Shown: piece by piece, positions 25,301 through 35,685 of the stretch | How positions within the stretch are numbered: the stretch's first letter is position 1 | How the letters are laid out: each line of letters starts with the position of its first letter | NCBI GenBank assembly: GCA_030704615.1 | Contig: CM060731.1 | Span: 46,066,001 to 46,130,000, forward strand | DNA length: 64,000 nt | From: Takakia lepidozioides | Lineage: Eukaryota > Plantae > Bryophyta | Direction of reading: 5' to 3' | Position numbers and translations under genes: made by a program | The notes under the pieces: model-generated | The model's database searches: none | The model's input: only the letters and a program-made list of their open reading frames with translations | Told to the model about the DNA's origin: nothing

Positions 25301-28300
25301 CTGGCAGTCAGATGTTCGGATATGACGCTAAAGTTCATTTGGACTGACAGGGAGGAGGATGGCCTGTGGTGAAAACTCAGACATGGTGCCCACAGTGCCT
25401 TCCTTTCATGGCTTTGTATGTGCCAGAGCACTTGATGGCAGGTGAGTCTTCAATCAGAATTGGAAAGGACATTTATAAATTTGTTTGTGGGTGGGCTGAG
25501 TGGGTGTTCTATTTCTAGTGTTTTCTGCTTCTTTTCCTTGCATGGTGTGGCACATAAATCCTTGGCATCTTCTCCAGTAGGCTGTCTGGCAGGGCTACTT
25601 ATTCATTTGCAAGTAAAGATCTCACTTACCGATGCCCACACCATAGCTGGGTTTCTGAATTCAGCTGACTTCAATCTCCTGACTCACACCTACTAGAGCT
25701 CCATCAGAAACAAAACCTAAACTCAAAATTCACTGAACTTCACGGACGTGCGAAAGATATGAAATGAAATTCATAATGTCTGCGGGAAGCTCAAAGAGCT
25801 TATGGGACAAAAGAAAATGAAATGAAATGAAATGGTGCTTTATAACGTCCGCGGAAAGTTCATAGAGCTTATGGGACAAATGGAAGGAAGAACATGAGAG
25901 AAAATAAAAGAAAGAAATGAAATGAAATGAAATGAAATGAAATGGTGCTTTATAACGTCCACGGAAAGCTCGTAGAGCTTATGGGACAAAATGGAAGAAA
26001 ACATGAGAGAGGAACAAATCCAGAAACCACAATTAATGTTCTAGCGATTGTCTAAGGGTGAAGGCCTCGTGTAGGTAGGCTGCCACGCATTTTTGATCCT
26101 CATAGTGAAAGACATCAGTGAGAGTTTGGGTTCCACTGAATAAACAGTGAAATCTCCCACGGATCTCGTAGAAAGAAACAAGCAAGAGAGAGGGGGACCT
26201 CACAAGAAATGAAATGAAATGAAAGGGAACATTATAACGTCCGCAGCAAGCTCAAAGAGCTTATGCGACAATAGGAAAGCAAGAAACAAGAAAGAAAGAC
26301 AAAGAGCCAGAAGCAGCCCAAAAGCAACTACTGCTCAAGGGATCGCCTAAGGGTCAAAGCTTTGTGCACATAAGCTGCCATGCATTTCTGATCCTCATAA
26401 TGGAAGACTTCAGTGAGAGATTGGGTTTCACGGAATAGACAGTGGAATCTCCCACGGATCTCATAGTAAAGAGGGCAGTAAAGAAGAAGTGTTCTTCAGT
26501 TTCGATACAACGGTTGGGCCCACTGCATGCTGGGCATAGGCGGTCTTCGCGTTGCAAGTTTTCCCATCTACCAGTCTCTATCCGTACATTGTGGGAGCCC
26601 ACCCAATGCCCTCAGGAGAGAGGGAAATGAAATGAAATGGTAATTTAAAACGTCCACGGAAAGCGGAGTAAAGAAGGCAGAAAGAAGAAAGAAGGGAGAA
26701 ATGAAATGAAATGGTACTTTATAACGTCCGCGGAAAGATCATAGATCTTATGGGACAAAATGGAAAAATACATGAGAGAGGAAACAAAACCAGAGCAAAA
26801 AATTAAACTATTGCTCGAGGGATTGTCTAAGGGTGAAAGCCTTGTGCAAGTAAGCTGCCAAGCATTTCTGATCCTCATAGAAGAAAAAGAAGAATCCACT
26901 ACAACCACTTGAGACCCAAAGGGCCAATGGAGCCTAGAAATGAAAAGGTACTTTATAACGTCCACGGAAAGCTCATAGGGCTTATGGGACAAAATGGAAA
27001 CATGAGAGAGGAACAAGTCCAGAAACCACAATTAATGTTGTAGCGAATATCGAAGGGTGAAGGCCTCGTGCAGGTAGGCTGCCAAGCATTTTTTATCCTC
27101 ATAGTGGAAGACATCAGTGAGAGTTTGGGTTCCACTGAATAAACAGTGGAATCTCCCACGGATCTCGTAGTATAGAGGGCAGTAGCAGAAGAAGTGTTCT
27201 TCAGTTTCGATTTCCTGGCTGCGCCCTATGCAAGCTGGACATAGGCGGTCCACAGCAGATTGATGCTTGTGTGAAGGGATTTCTAGAGGATATCTGGAAA
27301 ACCCGGATTAATTCTATATATGATGGTAAGTCACACTACCAACGTCAGCCCCTGACAGAGGTAGGTTCTGTTCCTTTTGTTCCCGCTCAAACTGGGCGCG
27401 GGGTCAATGGCCACAAGGCTACGGCAAACAACGTCTTATGAGTACAATCTATCCGTAGGTTGTGGGAACCCACCCTGAACCGCCCCAATGCCCTCAGGAG
27501 GGAAGGAGATAAGGATGCTGAAAGGTAATTTGGTCTCAAGATTCTATTGTCGCGGAGCACCAAGAATGTCTCTCGATAGAAGTGGAGCTTTGTTGTGAGA
27601 TTGGGTAGCTTCCAAGTTCTCTGGACATGTAATTCCATAAGCTCTCTCCTAATGAGTCTGTTGCGGTCATGTCTGGACGTGATGTCCACCTCATCTGGAT
27701 TCATTGGTAATAGGAAAGCAGTAAGAAGTCCGTTACGTTGAAATAAACTGTCCACTCGAGCATACCAGGAGTTCCTGAAACCTGCAGCTTTGAGCCTCAT
27801 AGATGTTGTGAGGGCCCTTGCCACGAGCCCCTTGGGTGGAAGGGCCTGTAATCTATGGAGAAAGATTGTAAGCCGGAAGAGGGCCTCGGATTGCAATGGT
27901 ACACATGCGAACTCTGCCCCTAGGATCTGAGATGGAGTTGTGCTCCTGGCGCCAAGCATTGCTTGGAGAAAAGATGACTGTAATGGCTCCAAATTCTTTT
28001 CCCACCAGGAGACAGGGACACCAGGTGCCCAGAACTCACAACCATAGATGGTAGCAGGGCTGACGACAGTGTCAAACAGCCACTTTTTGGTTGGGGGATG
28101 ACGCAGATGTATTTGCTTGCATTTGGCCTGAAGGCGGACGGAGGCCGCCTTACCGTTAGTCAATCTGTCCAAGGCAGTGGCTGCAAAGTGAAACTTGGGG
28201 GAGTGGATAACCAGACCCAGGTATCGGTATGATTTCACAATCTCAATTTCTTGCTGGTTGAAGATGAATCTACGATCAGCCTGGCCATTGAAGACCATGA

Positions 28301-31300
28301 TCTTGGTCTTGCTAAGATTGACTTGCATCCCATAGTCTTTGCAGAACTGTTCCAAAATTTTGAGATGGCGTTGCAGGAAGACCGGGGATAGTGCCAAAAG
28401 GGCAACATCATCTGCGTAGAGGAGATCTGATTGCGTTGGTCCCCCTTCCAATGGTACCCCAACCCCATGGTTTTTTGATATGTAATTCTCCAAAGCGTCA
28501 ATGTAGATCCCGAACAGGGTAGGTGAAAGGGGGCAGCCCTGTTTGACTCCAATGTTGCTGTGGACCTCGGCTGAGAATTCACCAGCGACATGGACCATGC
28601 CAGTGACAATCTCATACATAGAAGAGATGGCACAAAGGATGTCTGGAGGGACTTCCACTCTATGGAGCCGTTGGAAGAGAAGGTCCCGAGGAACTGCATC
28701 AAAGGCTTTGTGAAAGTCCACGAAGCAAACATAGACCATTCTTTTGTCATAGCGTGCACTTTCCACCATAACCTGAAGAGTGAAGATGTGGTCAATAGTG
28801 GATCTGTTGCGACGGAAACCAGCCTGTCCCTCAGCACAAATGCGAGAGGACTCAGCCCAATCATCCAGTTCCATGGCCACTACTGCCCCAAACAGTTTAG
28901 CAAGTACCGAGGACACCATGATAGTACAATAGTTGGTCGGTGCGAGCCTGTCACCGCTCTTGAAGAGTGGGTGGATGATGCTCTTTGTCCACTCTGTGAG
29001 AAAGCCCCGTTGCACACCTCATTGAAGAGGTTAGCTATAAAAGGGGTTAAAGTAGGTGCAGCATGCTTGATGAATTCACTCTGAAGTCCTGAAATGTCCA
29101 CTGCTCTGCCATTTTGCAGCTTCTTGATTGCCTTACTGACATTGGCCGTAGTAAAGAGAGAGAAGTGAAGTGGTTTAGATGTTATAGGAGAGGGAGTTTG
29201 GGTTGGGGAATGGTACAAAGACTGTGCATACTCATGCCAGACGTGAATGTCAGTGATTGGGGGAGGGTCTCTATGAGGTTTAAGGAGGGACCAAAAAGAA
29301 CGAGGAGAAAATCGAACGAGGAGAAAGAAAGAAACTATATAACATCCACAGGGGGGCCGCCAAGGGCTGATGGGACGTTATTTATAAGTCAGTCGAACAT
29401 TTCACATGCTTGAAAACAACAAAGTAGGAGGAGGTACTTGGGGGTCTGTACAAGGGTTGCAAATCCAGGTTGATTGAGCTGTCCCAAATGTTGCTCGTCA
29501 AGGGGGTCACCGGTGATTACGAGGGCCACTAGACCCACCTGCAAATTTGTTAAATTTCTCAGTCAAGGGTATTATAACACACAATTTACTGAAAGACATT
29601 TGCTTTCGGTAGAGGGCGGAGTTAGATAGTAGCTTTCGAGACTTACATGTTTGCAGTGAAGTGGGGGAGAGGACTTTGGAGTGTGGGGAGGAAGAAGAGA
29701 TGAAGAATTTGAGGAAGCAGCCTTCGTTACGGAGAACACAACAGAGAACAGCACGAATAAATTGAAGGCTGAACAGACAATACACTCATCATTGTACACA
29801 TCAAAGTGCAGACACAAGAAAGCCTCAAAGTGATATCTGATGCTTCAGCCACAAATCTACACAACAACAAAGCCACGGGTCAACATGGACACCTGATTGT
29901 AGACATTGAGCTCATTGGTGTAGCAATTATGGAGCACCAGGCGAACAACTGCTGCTGGGGAGTCTACATAAATACTCTTGAGCTCCCTTGCCTGATGCCC
30001 ACTGCGATCATTGGGATCCAGTGACAAGTATCTGAAGTACAATGAGAAAAAGTTTAAGAGTTTGAAACATGTCTGAACAAAGTAGAATAAAGAGGATGAT
30101 GCTTGGGTTGTCCAAGGGAAGATAGGGAGGGAGACAATGGAATAAGAAACAAACTATCCACAGACATACACACATTCACTGACAATAAAGCAGAGAGCCT
30201 TCAAATGGATTAGACAGAAAAAGCATTATTCATGTGCAGTCAATAGTTGAAAAGACGTGTACAACAAGGAGAAGCAAAGGAAGGTCTACCCAAGGCGCTT
30301 CATCTTTCCAACAGCCTGCTCACTATGCACATAAGGTATCATCAAACTCACGAAGACCTCCACCTTTGATGGAATCTGCAACAAGAGCATTTGGATTAGA
30401 ATGGACAGGAGCTGAAAGAAATTGCCATGACTTCCTTCAAAGGGTTCAGCAACTGAAACTTGCCACATCCTCTGCTGGCAGATAGGGTTCCAAGGAGACA
30501 TCCATTGGCAATTCATCCTATGAACGTCCGCTTCCGCTGATTCACAATAGTGAAAACCAGAAATCTTACTGCCTCCTAGGCTGCTCTTTGAAAACCTGGG
30601 AAGGTGTTCAATGGTGTGTCCTAGCATCCTACATTCTCTGTTACAGGTGACCACTGTATTCAAGCATAACCTGAGATATGAAGGCATTGTAGAGGTAGTA
30701 GGGGCCAACTCCTTACCAAAAGGATCAAGATGGCAGAGCAAAAAAAAGACAGACGGGTGAAAGCAGAAAAAACTACCTTGAACTCGTGGCAGAGTATCTG
30801 CATGTTGATGATGCGTGATGGCCACTGCAGTTCCAGTACAAGCTCCTGGGGATAAAAGCAGAACCTGCATACGTAGCCAAGGATCAGGCTTCATGTGTCA
30901 TATGTCAATGCTGGTATGGGGATAATACAGTATTGTGGTTTATCGACTGACCAGAAAACCCTATCTAGGCCAGATTTGTTGCTAGCAAAGTCGAGCCACT
31001 GTAAGTGGGTGTGCAAGCCATGCCTGACAGTTTTGCAAATGAAATGACCAGCACCCATAGTGCCCATAAAGTGTACACTAACTGGAATGTCATGCAAACA
31101 CTGCTGGAGCTGCTGGAGCATTCTGCCAGTCAACATGCTGTTGAACCTAGTAAGATTTCAAATGCTCTTGTTGCTGTACTCAATCTTATCTCCTGTAAAT
31201 TGCTGGCATGTTGCATGTTGTTAAGTGATATGTGAGCTGTGCTTTGACCAGGGACTAGAGAAGTGATGGAAACATACACCTCACCCCTGGTAGTTCTAGT

Positions 31301-32924
31301 CACAGATGTGGTGCAATGATTCCTAGAGGTTAGGCAATGAATGTGACGTGCCTGGAGCTTTGCCAACCTCGACCCAACACTCCCTTGTTCAGCTCACTTG
31401 CAGGGAAGTCTTCATCCTGCTTCATCCACCAGCAATGAAGCTCCAGCAAGACCAGGAAAAAGTAAAGGAAAATAGGAAGAAAAATTATTAGATCCACTGG
31501 AATTCCAAAGGGCCTGTATGGGCCTATGAAGGTCCAAATGAGGTTTACAAAGTGAAGCAGCTCTGAAGAGAGTAAGGGATAAAGGAGAAAACAATCTGTG
31601 GGAGAGCGAGAAGAATGCAATTGCCTATCTGCCGTAACACAGAGGGAGAGAAGGGAGAGGGAATCGCTCAGCTTGTCACCGAATCTGTGGATTTCTTGAA
31701 GATTTCCACAAACTACATTTCATTAAACAAGTTGCTTCTACTTTACAGTGCTCGAAAGTCACTACTAGTTTGGATGTCATCCTATGCCCAGATTTCTTGC
31801 CATACAATTTGGCACCAGTCTTCATTTGAATTGCAATCCTCCACTAAAAGAAGATCAATGTGAAACCAACAACTCAGTTCCGGACATCTTATTAATAGCA
31901 CAGTGCAACTTCCGAGATGCACCAAAGGCTTAGGATGAGGTTATTATGAGTTTGACATCATCCTATGCCCAGTTTTCTCGCCATACAATTTGGCACAAGT
32001 CTTCAATTGAATTGCAATCCTCACTAAAAGAAGATCATTGTGAAACAAGCAACTCAGTTCGGGACATCTTATTAATAGCACAGTGCAGCTTATGAGATGC
32101 ACCAAAGGCTTAGGATGAGGTTACTGTAACCGCGGAGCATGCAATTAATTGCATATGGTCTTGTGGCTTGGGTGAATCACTTGAGCCCCCATACATTTTC
32201 GGCTGAACCAGTGAGCTATGAGTAAGCTAAGCTGACATCTCTCTCTCTCTCTCTACTATAGTTCTTTTCTCTGACTCTGGTTTTCCTATTTTCTCTCATG
32301 TTCGTCCTTCCATTTGTCCCATAAGCTCTATGAGCTTTCCGCGGACGTTATAAAGCACCATTTCACTTCATTTCTCTACAAATATTCCCGCTCAAACTGG
32401 GCACGGGGTGAATGGCCACAAGGCTACGGCAAACAACGTCTTATGAGTACAATCTCTCTACATATATGTACACAGACTGACTGGCAGTGTTACATTTGTG
32501 ATTATCATCAATAGATGTTTTTCATATGATGACAGACTTGTACATAGTGCAGCATAAAGTGATATTGCAGAAATTCTGAAGCTGTGAACAAATCAGTGCC
32601 TAAGAGACGCCTTGCCCCCACTGGCACATATCACGCATAATTCAAAATCGACACTTTGATCTTCTTGAAGAACAATTTTATATTTATCATCATTTGGTCA
32701 CAAATATATCTCTTATTAGTCAAACACTCTGATTATCTTGTTGATCGAAAACTTAAGAGGACAGACCATACCTGTCCCGAGCAAGAGACGACATTGAAAG
32801 GAATGTGTTTGGCAGCCGAGGAATCCTGGCTGGTCTCTTCTCTGCTGGAGGCTCCGACCATGGATGCTCGTAAAGGGGTTGGATCTCCATTCATAAGTGG
32901 CAACCGTTCCATCATGTGCACCAC
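4167..32924 (-). CDS. CEP104: Centrosomal/ciliary-tip protein CEP104-like, multi-exon gene (N-terminal jelly-roll, UVR-like coiled coils, TOG domain, C-terminal Zn fingers); some middle exons unresolved
   Basis: Spliced exons join in frame to KHIPFNVVSCSGQ-DEDFPASEL..GWQSSR-FCFYPQELVL..QILCHEFK-IPSKVEVF..KRLG-YLSLDPNDRSGHQARELKSIYVD..NVYNQ-VGLVALVITGDP. Then AVKDEDYDEAKRLK and AVDVEDYDAAK, TOG motifs (SKQWQLREKAL; LLEKLGDSNAR; NGDVRNAAV), CLFCG..LDLHF..CPML and RCPLC..W..H..GC. All match recalled CEP104 architecture. Confidence 0.88.
5113..5327 (-). CDS. CEP104: CEP104-like Zn-finger exon (5' boundary approximate)
   Basis: CLFCGKQD..LDLHFCQKCPMLVSCSNCRQIVEI..HLLFEC; donor ag|gtaagg. Confidence 0.85.
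7343..7807 (-). CDS. CEP104: CEP104-like linker exon with an internal ~55-aa duplication
   Basis: cag|VLTGNFERVAHET..SAQ|gtatag; HET.KL..H.PGGD..FSFD...VG.SKRSK occurs twice. Confidence 0.7.
7951..8196 (-). CDS. CEP104: CEP104-like TOG exon
   Basis: cag|GIWRPVLGRLQLL..NGDVRNAAVKVTTEVY..RPVIHE|gttggt. Confidence 0.85.
8980..9198 (-). CDS. CEP104: CEP104-like TOG exon
   Basis: cag|LLRAFV..LLEKLGDSNARSRE..RPTKNQ|gtacat. Confidence 0.85.
9545..9614 (-). CDS. CEP104: CEP104-like TOG exon
   Basis: cag|a VLHKVLIRALNDRVANVFNSSMQ|gtcaac. Confidence 0.8.
9987..11685 (+). mobile_element. 5'-truncated RTEX-like LINE, family B, (ATTTC)n tail, interrupted by a family A copy
   Basis: LRALGRFRVGSHNLRI|ETGRWENLQREDRLCPAC..ETEEHFFFYCPLY continues across the insertion; ends catttcatttcatttc; catttctt occurs on both flanks. 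Confidence 0.85.
10351..11320 (-). mobile_element. 5'-truncated LINE family A inserted antisense in family B; TSD acggataga
   Basis: Near-identical to 17029-18067; acggataga at 10345-10353 and 11321-11329. Confidence 0.9.
11835..13185 (-). CDS. CEP104: CEP104-like large exon: ~20 x 17-aa repeats followed by the start of the TOG domain
   Basis: 483-aa ORF; acceptor tttttccag near 13186; PEPLTEAVMSEAGPLL..SKQWQLREKAL; donor ttcag|gtttgt. Confidence 0.8.
13640..13718 (+). mobile_element. ~70-nt stub of the LINE family A 3' end next to a (CT)n microsatellite
   Basis: ttcccgctcaaactggg..atgagtacaatctctctctct is identical to 17998-18070; preceded by (CT)n at 13621-13639. Confidence 0.85.
13721..18073 (+). 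mobile_element. Near full-length RTEX-like LINE, family A (N-terminal extension + APE endonuclease + RT + CCHC-type Zn motif), frameshifted
   Basis: APE motifs ATFNFSGL, QETW, LGDFNARVG, VDYI, SDH. RT motifs NYRGITLL, QAGF, FFLDVKKAHD, GVAQGCTLSPLLF, FADD, YTYLG. C-terminal CPLCG..HF..HCP. Frame breaks near 15400, 16270, 16760 and 17237-17300. Confidence 0.92.
18074..19190 (+). mobile_element. 5'-truncated diverged family A copy, head-to-tail behind the previous copy; its 3' end is replaced by a family B tail
   Basis: Paralogous to 16724-17972; ORF 18377-19108. Confidence 0.88.
19187..19312 (-). mobile_element. Family B 3'-end stub
   Basis: Reverse complement of ~11559-11680, with a gaaatgaaatgaaa tail. 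Confidence 0.85.
23631..23738 (-). CDS. CEP104: CEP104-like second UVR-like exon (probable GC donor)
   Basis: cag|MMIERLKVLGEQIKQLELQKRAAVDVEDYDAAKLCK|gccagt. Confidence 0.75.
24089..24151 (-). CDS. CEP104: CEP104-like UVR-like exon
   Basis: cag|LQQEKNAAVKDEDYDEAKRLK|gtatat. Confidence 0.85.
24386..24648 (+). repeat. Three family A-like 3'-end stubs separated by a 4x repeated target tctaatcctgt
   Basis: tctaatcctgt(tt) occurs at ~24388, 24532, 24590 and 24637; each segment between them ends ggctacggcaa..cttatgagtaca. Confidence 0.82.
25079..25291 (-). CDS. CEP104: CEP104-like exon (5' boundary uncertain)
   Basis: ..AVDSFTANRIHR|gtatgt joins in frame to the LQQEK exon. Confidence 0.55.
25759..29315 (-). 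mobile_element. Head-to-tail array of at least 7 family B LINE 3' ends of different lengths and subfamilies; the last is a ~2.4-kb RT-containing copy
   Basis: Units start gaaatgaaa..ataacgtcc.cggaaagct..gagcttatgggacaa (variably degenerate) near 25760, 25814, 25913, 26206, 26624, 26698 and 26937. RT ORF 27387-29015 has QAGFR, CFVDFHKAFD, GVKQGCPLSPTLF, LLYADD, YRYLG. Confidence 0.9.
27251..27450 (+). mobile_element. 200-bp family A 3' end inserted antisense in family B at the same nucleotide as the 10.35-kb insertion
   Basis: Junction atgagtacaatct|atccgtaggt is identical to the reverse complement of 10341-10363. Confidence 0.88.
29438..29538 (-). CDS. CEP104: CEP104-like exon 6 (3' boundary uncertain)
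   Basis: cag|VGLVALVITGDPLDEQ..; possible donor gtacct. Confidence 0.65.
29893..30031 (-). CDS. CEP104: CEP104-like exon 5
   Basis: cag|a YLSLDPNDRSGHQARELKSIYVD..NELNVYNQ|gtgtcc. Confidence 0.88.
30290..30375 (-). CDS. CEP104: CEP104-like exon 4
   Basis: cag|IPSKVEVFVSLMIPYVHSEQAVGKMKRL gg|gtagac. Confidence 0.78.
30777..30864 (-). CDS. CEP104: CEP104-like exon 3
   Basis: cag|g FCFYPQELVLELQWPSRIINMQILCHEFK|gtagt. Confidence 0.82.
31352..31416 (-). CDS. CEP104: CEP104-like exon 2 (GC donor)
   Basis: cag|DEDFPASELNKGVLGRGWQSS ag|GCACGT; frame continuity into the next exon requires this donor. Confidence 0.8.
31776..32123. repeat. Imperfect ~180-bp tandem duplication in CEP104 intron 1
   Basis: tcatcctatgcccag..caccaaaggcttaggatgaggtta occurs twice. 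Confidence 0.85.
32283..32466 (+). mobile_element. Family B 3' stub immediately followed by a family A ~70-nt stub, near a (CT)n tract
   Basis: gtcccataagctctatgagctttccgcggacgttataaagcaccatttcacttcatttc, then ttcccgctcaaactggg..atgagtacaatct; flanked by tctctaca(a/t)ata. Confidence 0.85.
32772..32924 (-). CDS. CEP104: CEP104-like coding exon 1 (start ATG could be 32924 or a nearby in-frame Met)
   Basis: ..KHIPFNVVSCSGQ|GTATGG donor. Confidence 0.75.
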
Positions 32925-35298
32925 TTTTAATGATCTAATCCGGCATCATTACGTGCAAAGATGGAAAAATCCTGCTTGTTAAAAAGATTGCACGTAGGTT
33001 CTCTTTTGCCCTGAAGTCGTTATGCCATTCACCTCTCCTAATCGTAGTGAGCATCTCTCTCTCTCTTCCATATAAGCACACTTCTGATCCGGCCTCAGTG
33101 CGTGCATAGTTTTCCTCTTCGTTAAGATCCAGGGAATCGTGTTATTCTATACTGTGTTTTGGAGTAAGACTCTGTAGTATATTCCCCCGTCTCAGATATT
33201 TCTCTCCATCATCCTAGTGATACAGTGAAATATATTTCACATGTAATGAAAGTGATAACCCCCTCAAGCATGCGTTGTTTTGATACGAGCTCAAGAGAGT
33301 AAATGGCATTTCATCGTTGAAAATTGCATTGCGTTGTATCCTCTCTTCCTACCTACCTCCCACTAGTGTCTGCATTAGAATACTCAAATCATCAGTCGCG
33401 GAGATTCATCAGGTTCTTCCAGAGGAGTATTCGGATTCCAGTGCTGAGATCTAGTAAAACCGAATTCCGTTATCTCCTAACTACTGCTTTCTTCCTCACA
33501 TACACACAACAAACTATCCGCTATGTGTGAAATAAAATTGTCGGATTCCCATCAGATTCCACAGGAATCACACATTGGAAGGCTGAACCAATGGAGTCAG
33601 GTCCTCAAAAGATCAGTATGGTTAATCTCAGAGTTCAAACAATGCCTGTACCTCCCCCCCCCTCTCCCTCAGAAATCCTAAATCAGTGCTCCATGAGAAA
33701 GGAATGGTGTAATTTCAGTATTGAATCCAGACATCGCTGTCCAATTCAGTTGTACCATCGCCTCCACCATTCTCTCCGCCCCCGGTAAGACACGACTTGT
33801 AAATTCACAATGCAAACCGTCAGTGCACGTACTTTTCACTGCACACTCCACAAGAAGATCACCCTCGGCATACTACTCTGCGCAGATCGTTACAGGAGAT
33901 CCAACAACGACTTGCTAGAAAGTTTTAGGGTGTGCGATCTCCGTCGTTTTCTCCCACCGAGCACACAACGCCATAGAACTCGGAGAGATGTCCTGCCCTT
34001 CGGCACGTCACACGTGCCACCCCACATGGCGCCCACGCCACCCCTACTAGGTGACGAACCGTTAGGGCCTAGATCGCCTCCTGTGACAACGGTAATTTCG
34101 AAACCTTCCTCTTTTATTTCGACAGTTCTGGATAAGTTCCCATGGACCCTCGTGATTGATTGGTAAGGAAAGAAGACGAAAGTAAAGAGTGGGAAAGTTT
34201 TACTGTCGCTGATACATACATCAGTCTTGAGGGCGTTCAACAACATAGCCACAACCACTCCGTAGTCGCAGGAATGCACAGGCTATTTCGCGACCACAGC
34301 AGGCTGATATTGTATCATAAGCCTGGAGAGAACTTCCACAACCACTGGCAGGAAACCACAAGCAATTTCGTGACAACAGAAGACTGAAATTAGCTTCAAT
34401 TTGTGACGTTGTGTTGCTGTTGCGAGCGCAGAATGCGCCACACTCAGCAAGAAACACCATACCATGAAGAGGCAATCTATATCATGCACACAGGCAGGTT
34501 CTAGCAAAGCACAGGCAGGTCCTCTTTCCTTCGAATTTATCGACGAGTTTGGGAAAACTTTACTGAGTACGTTGAAGTGTGGCATCACAAGAACTATGAA
34601 ATTAGGCCCTGTATGGAATACGACTTGACTACCTTACAATGATGAAGTCAGGCCTGAATGACAGGCTTCAGAACGAGGCAGATTAGCATGATGGTTGACC
34701 TGTGAAGCTAGGGGTTTGGTCTGTTACAACCAGCGCAGAAAAGGAAATGTCTGCAATTAGATTTGTCAACCAAGGTCATCATCATTCATTGCAGAAAATA
34801 TGAAGAGATGCAAAGTAGAGATGAACGTGAAGCGAAGTAGTGAGAAAGAGAGAAGCAGACAATGGCACATCTCACGGGTGAAACCAACTTAACCTAATAC
34901 TTACAAATGTCAAAGACCATCAAGTGATGTAGCCAATAGCACAACATCAGACTTTACCACGCATGTTCGTCTTAATGCTTCCGAAAATGCAGAAAACATG
35001 ACAGTCACTCGACATTGCTGGTGTTATACATAACCAGAATTAGAAACCTCGGCATTTTATTCTGGCAGAAGAACGCATCAAGGTCTTGAAAGACAGAATC
35101 AAATCAACAAGGCAATAGGGGCCTGTTGCCGCCACAGTTAAGTGGCACGGTGCATCACAAAAACATCGTCATCCAACTCCAAGGCCTGGTCCTCATACAA
35201 CAACCTTTGAGGTCAAGGTGAAGATGGTCTGGATCTACATTCTCGGATCAGAGCGAGTGCCATGAGTCATGACTGGGATCTTCATCTCTTGCGAAGAT

Positions 35299-35685
35299 CT
35301 ACTTTCCACCGAACAGATACCCCAAAGATGACCCTCCACCAGGGGCACTGTGTACCTTCGTTGAGGGGCGATCCGTGATGAAGTTGCCCGTATTCTGGCC
35401 ATCGGCCCGGTGATAGTTGTTGGAGTTCCTCCCCAATCTGGATTGCCCCATGTTCAGAGACGTCCCCCGATCCTCTCCCTTATCGGCTGCTGGCGGGGCC
35501 ACCGGAGGTTTCTCCTCCGTTGAAGCACTTGTCGCAAGACCTGCAGGGCGCTGTTCAGCAGCAGGCTGCTGGCTCCCGGCGTGATGAGCAGCACTTCGCG
35601 CAGGCTTAGCTGGTGGAGGATCACCTCCAAACAGATATCCCAACGAACTCGACCCGCCACCGCTGCTCGCCCCACCACGCACCAT
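35299..35685 (-). CDS. SPR1: SPIRAL1-like microtubule-associated protein (128 aa, uninterrupted CDS)
   Basis: [60 protein letters not shown], the diagnostic N- and C-terminal SPR1 motifs; real ATG at 35685. Confidence 0.93.
   Translation of the reverse strand: MVRGGASSGGGSSSLGYLFGGDPPPAKPARSAAHHAGSQQPAAEQRPAGLATSASTEEKPPVAPPAADKGEDRGTSLNMGQSRLGRNSNNYHRADGQNTGNFITDRPSTKVHSAPGGGSSLGYLFGGK

Noticed and set aside
4167-35685. Functional clustering of two microtubule plus-end genes (CEP104, SPR1)
   Set aside because: Adjacency of two genes is easily chance, and no synteny evidence is available here.
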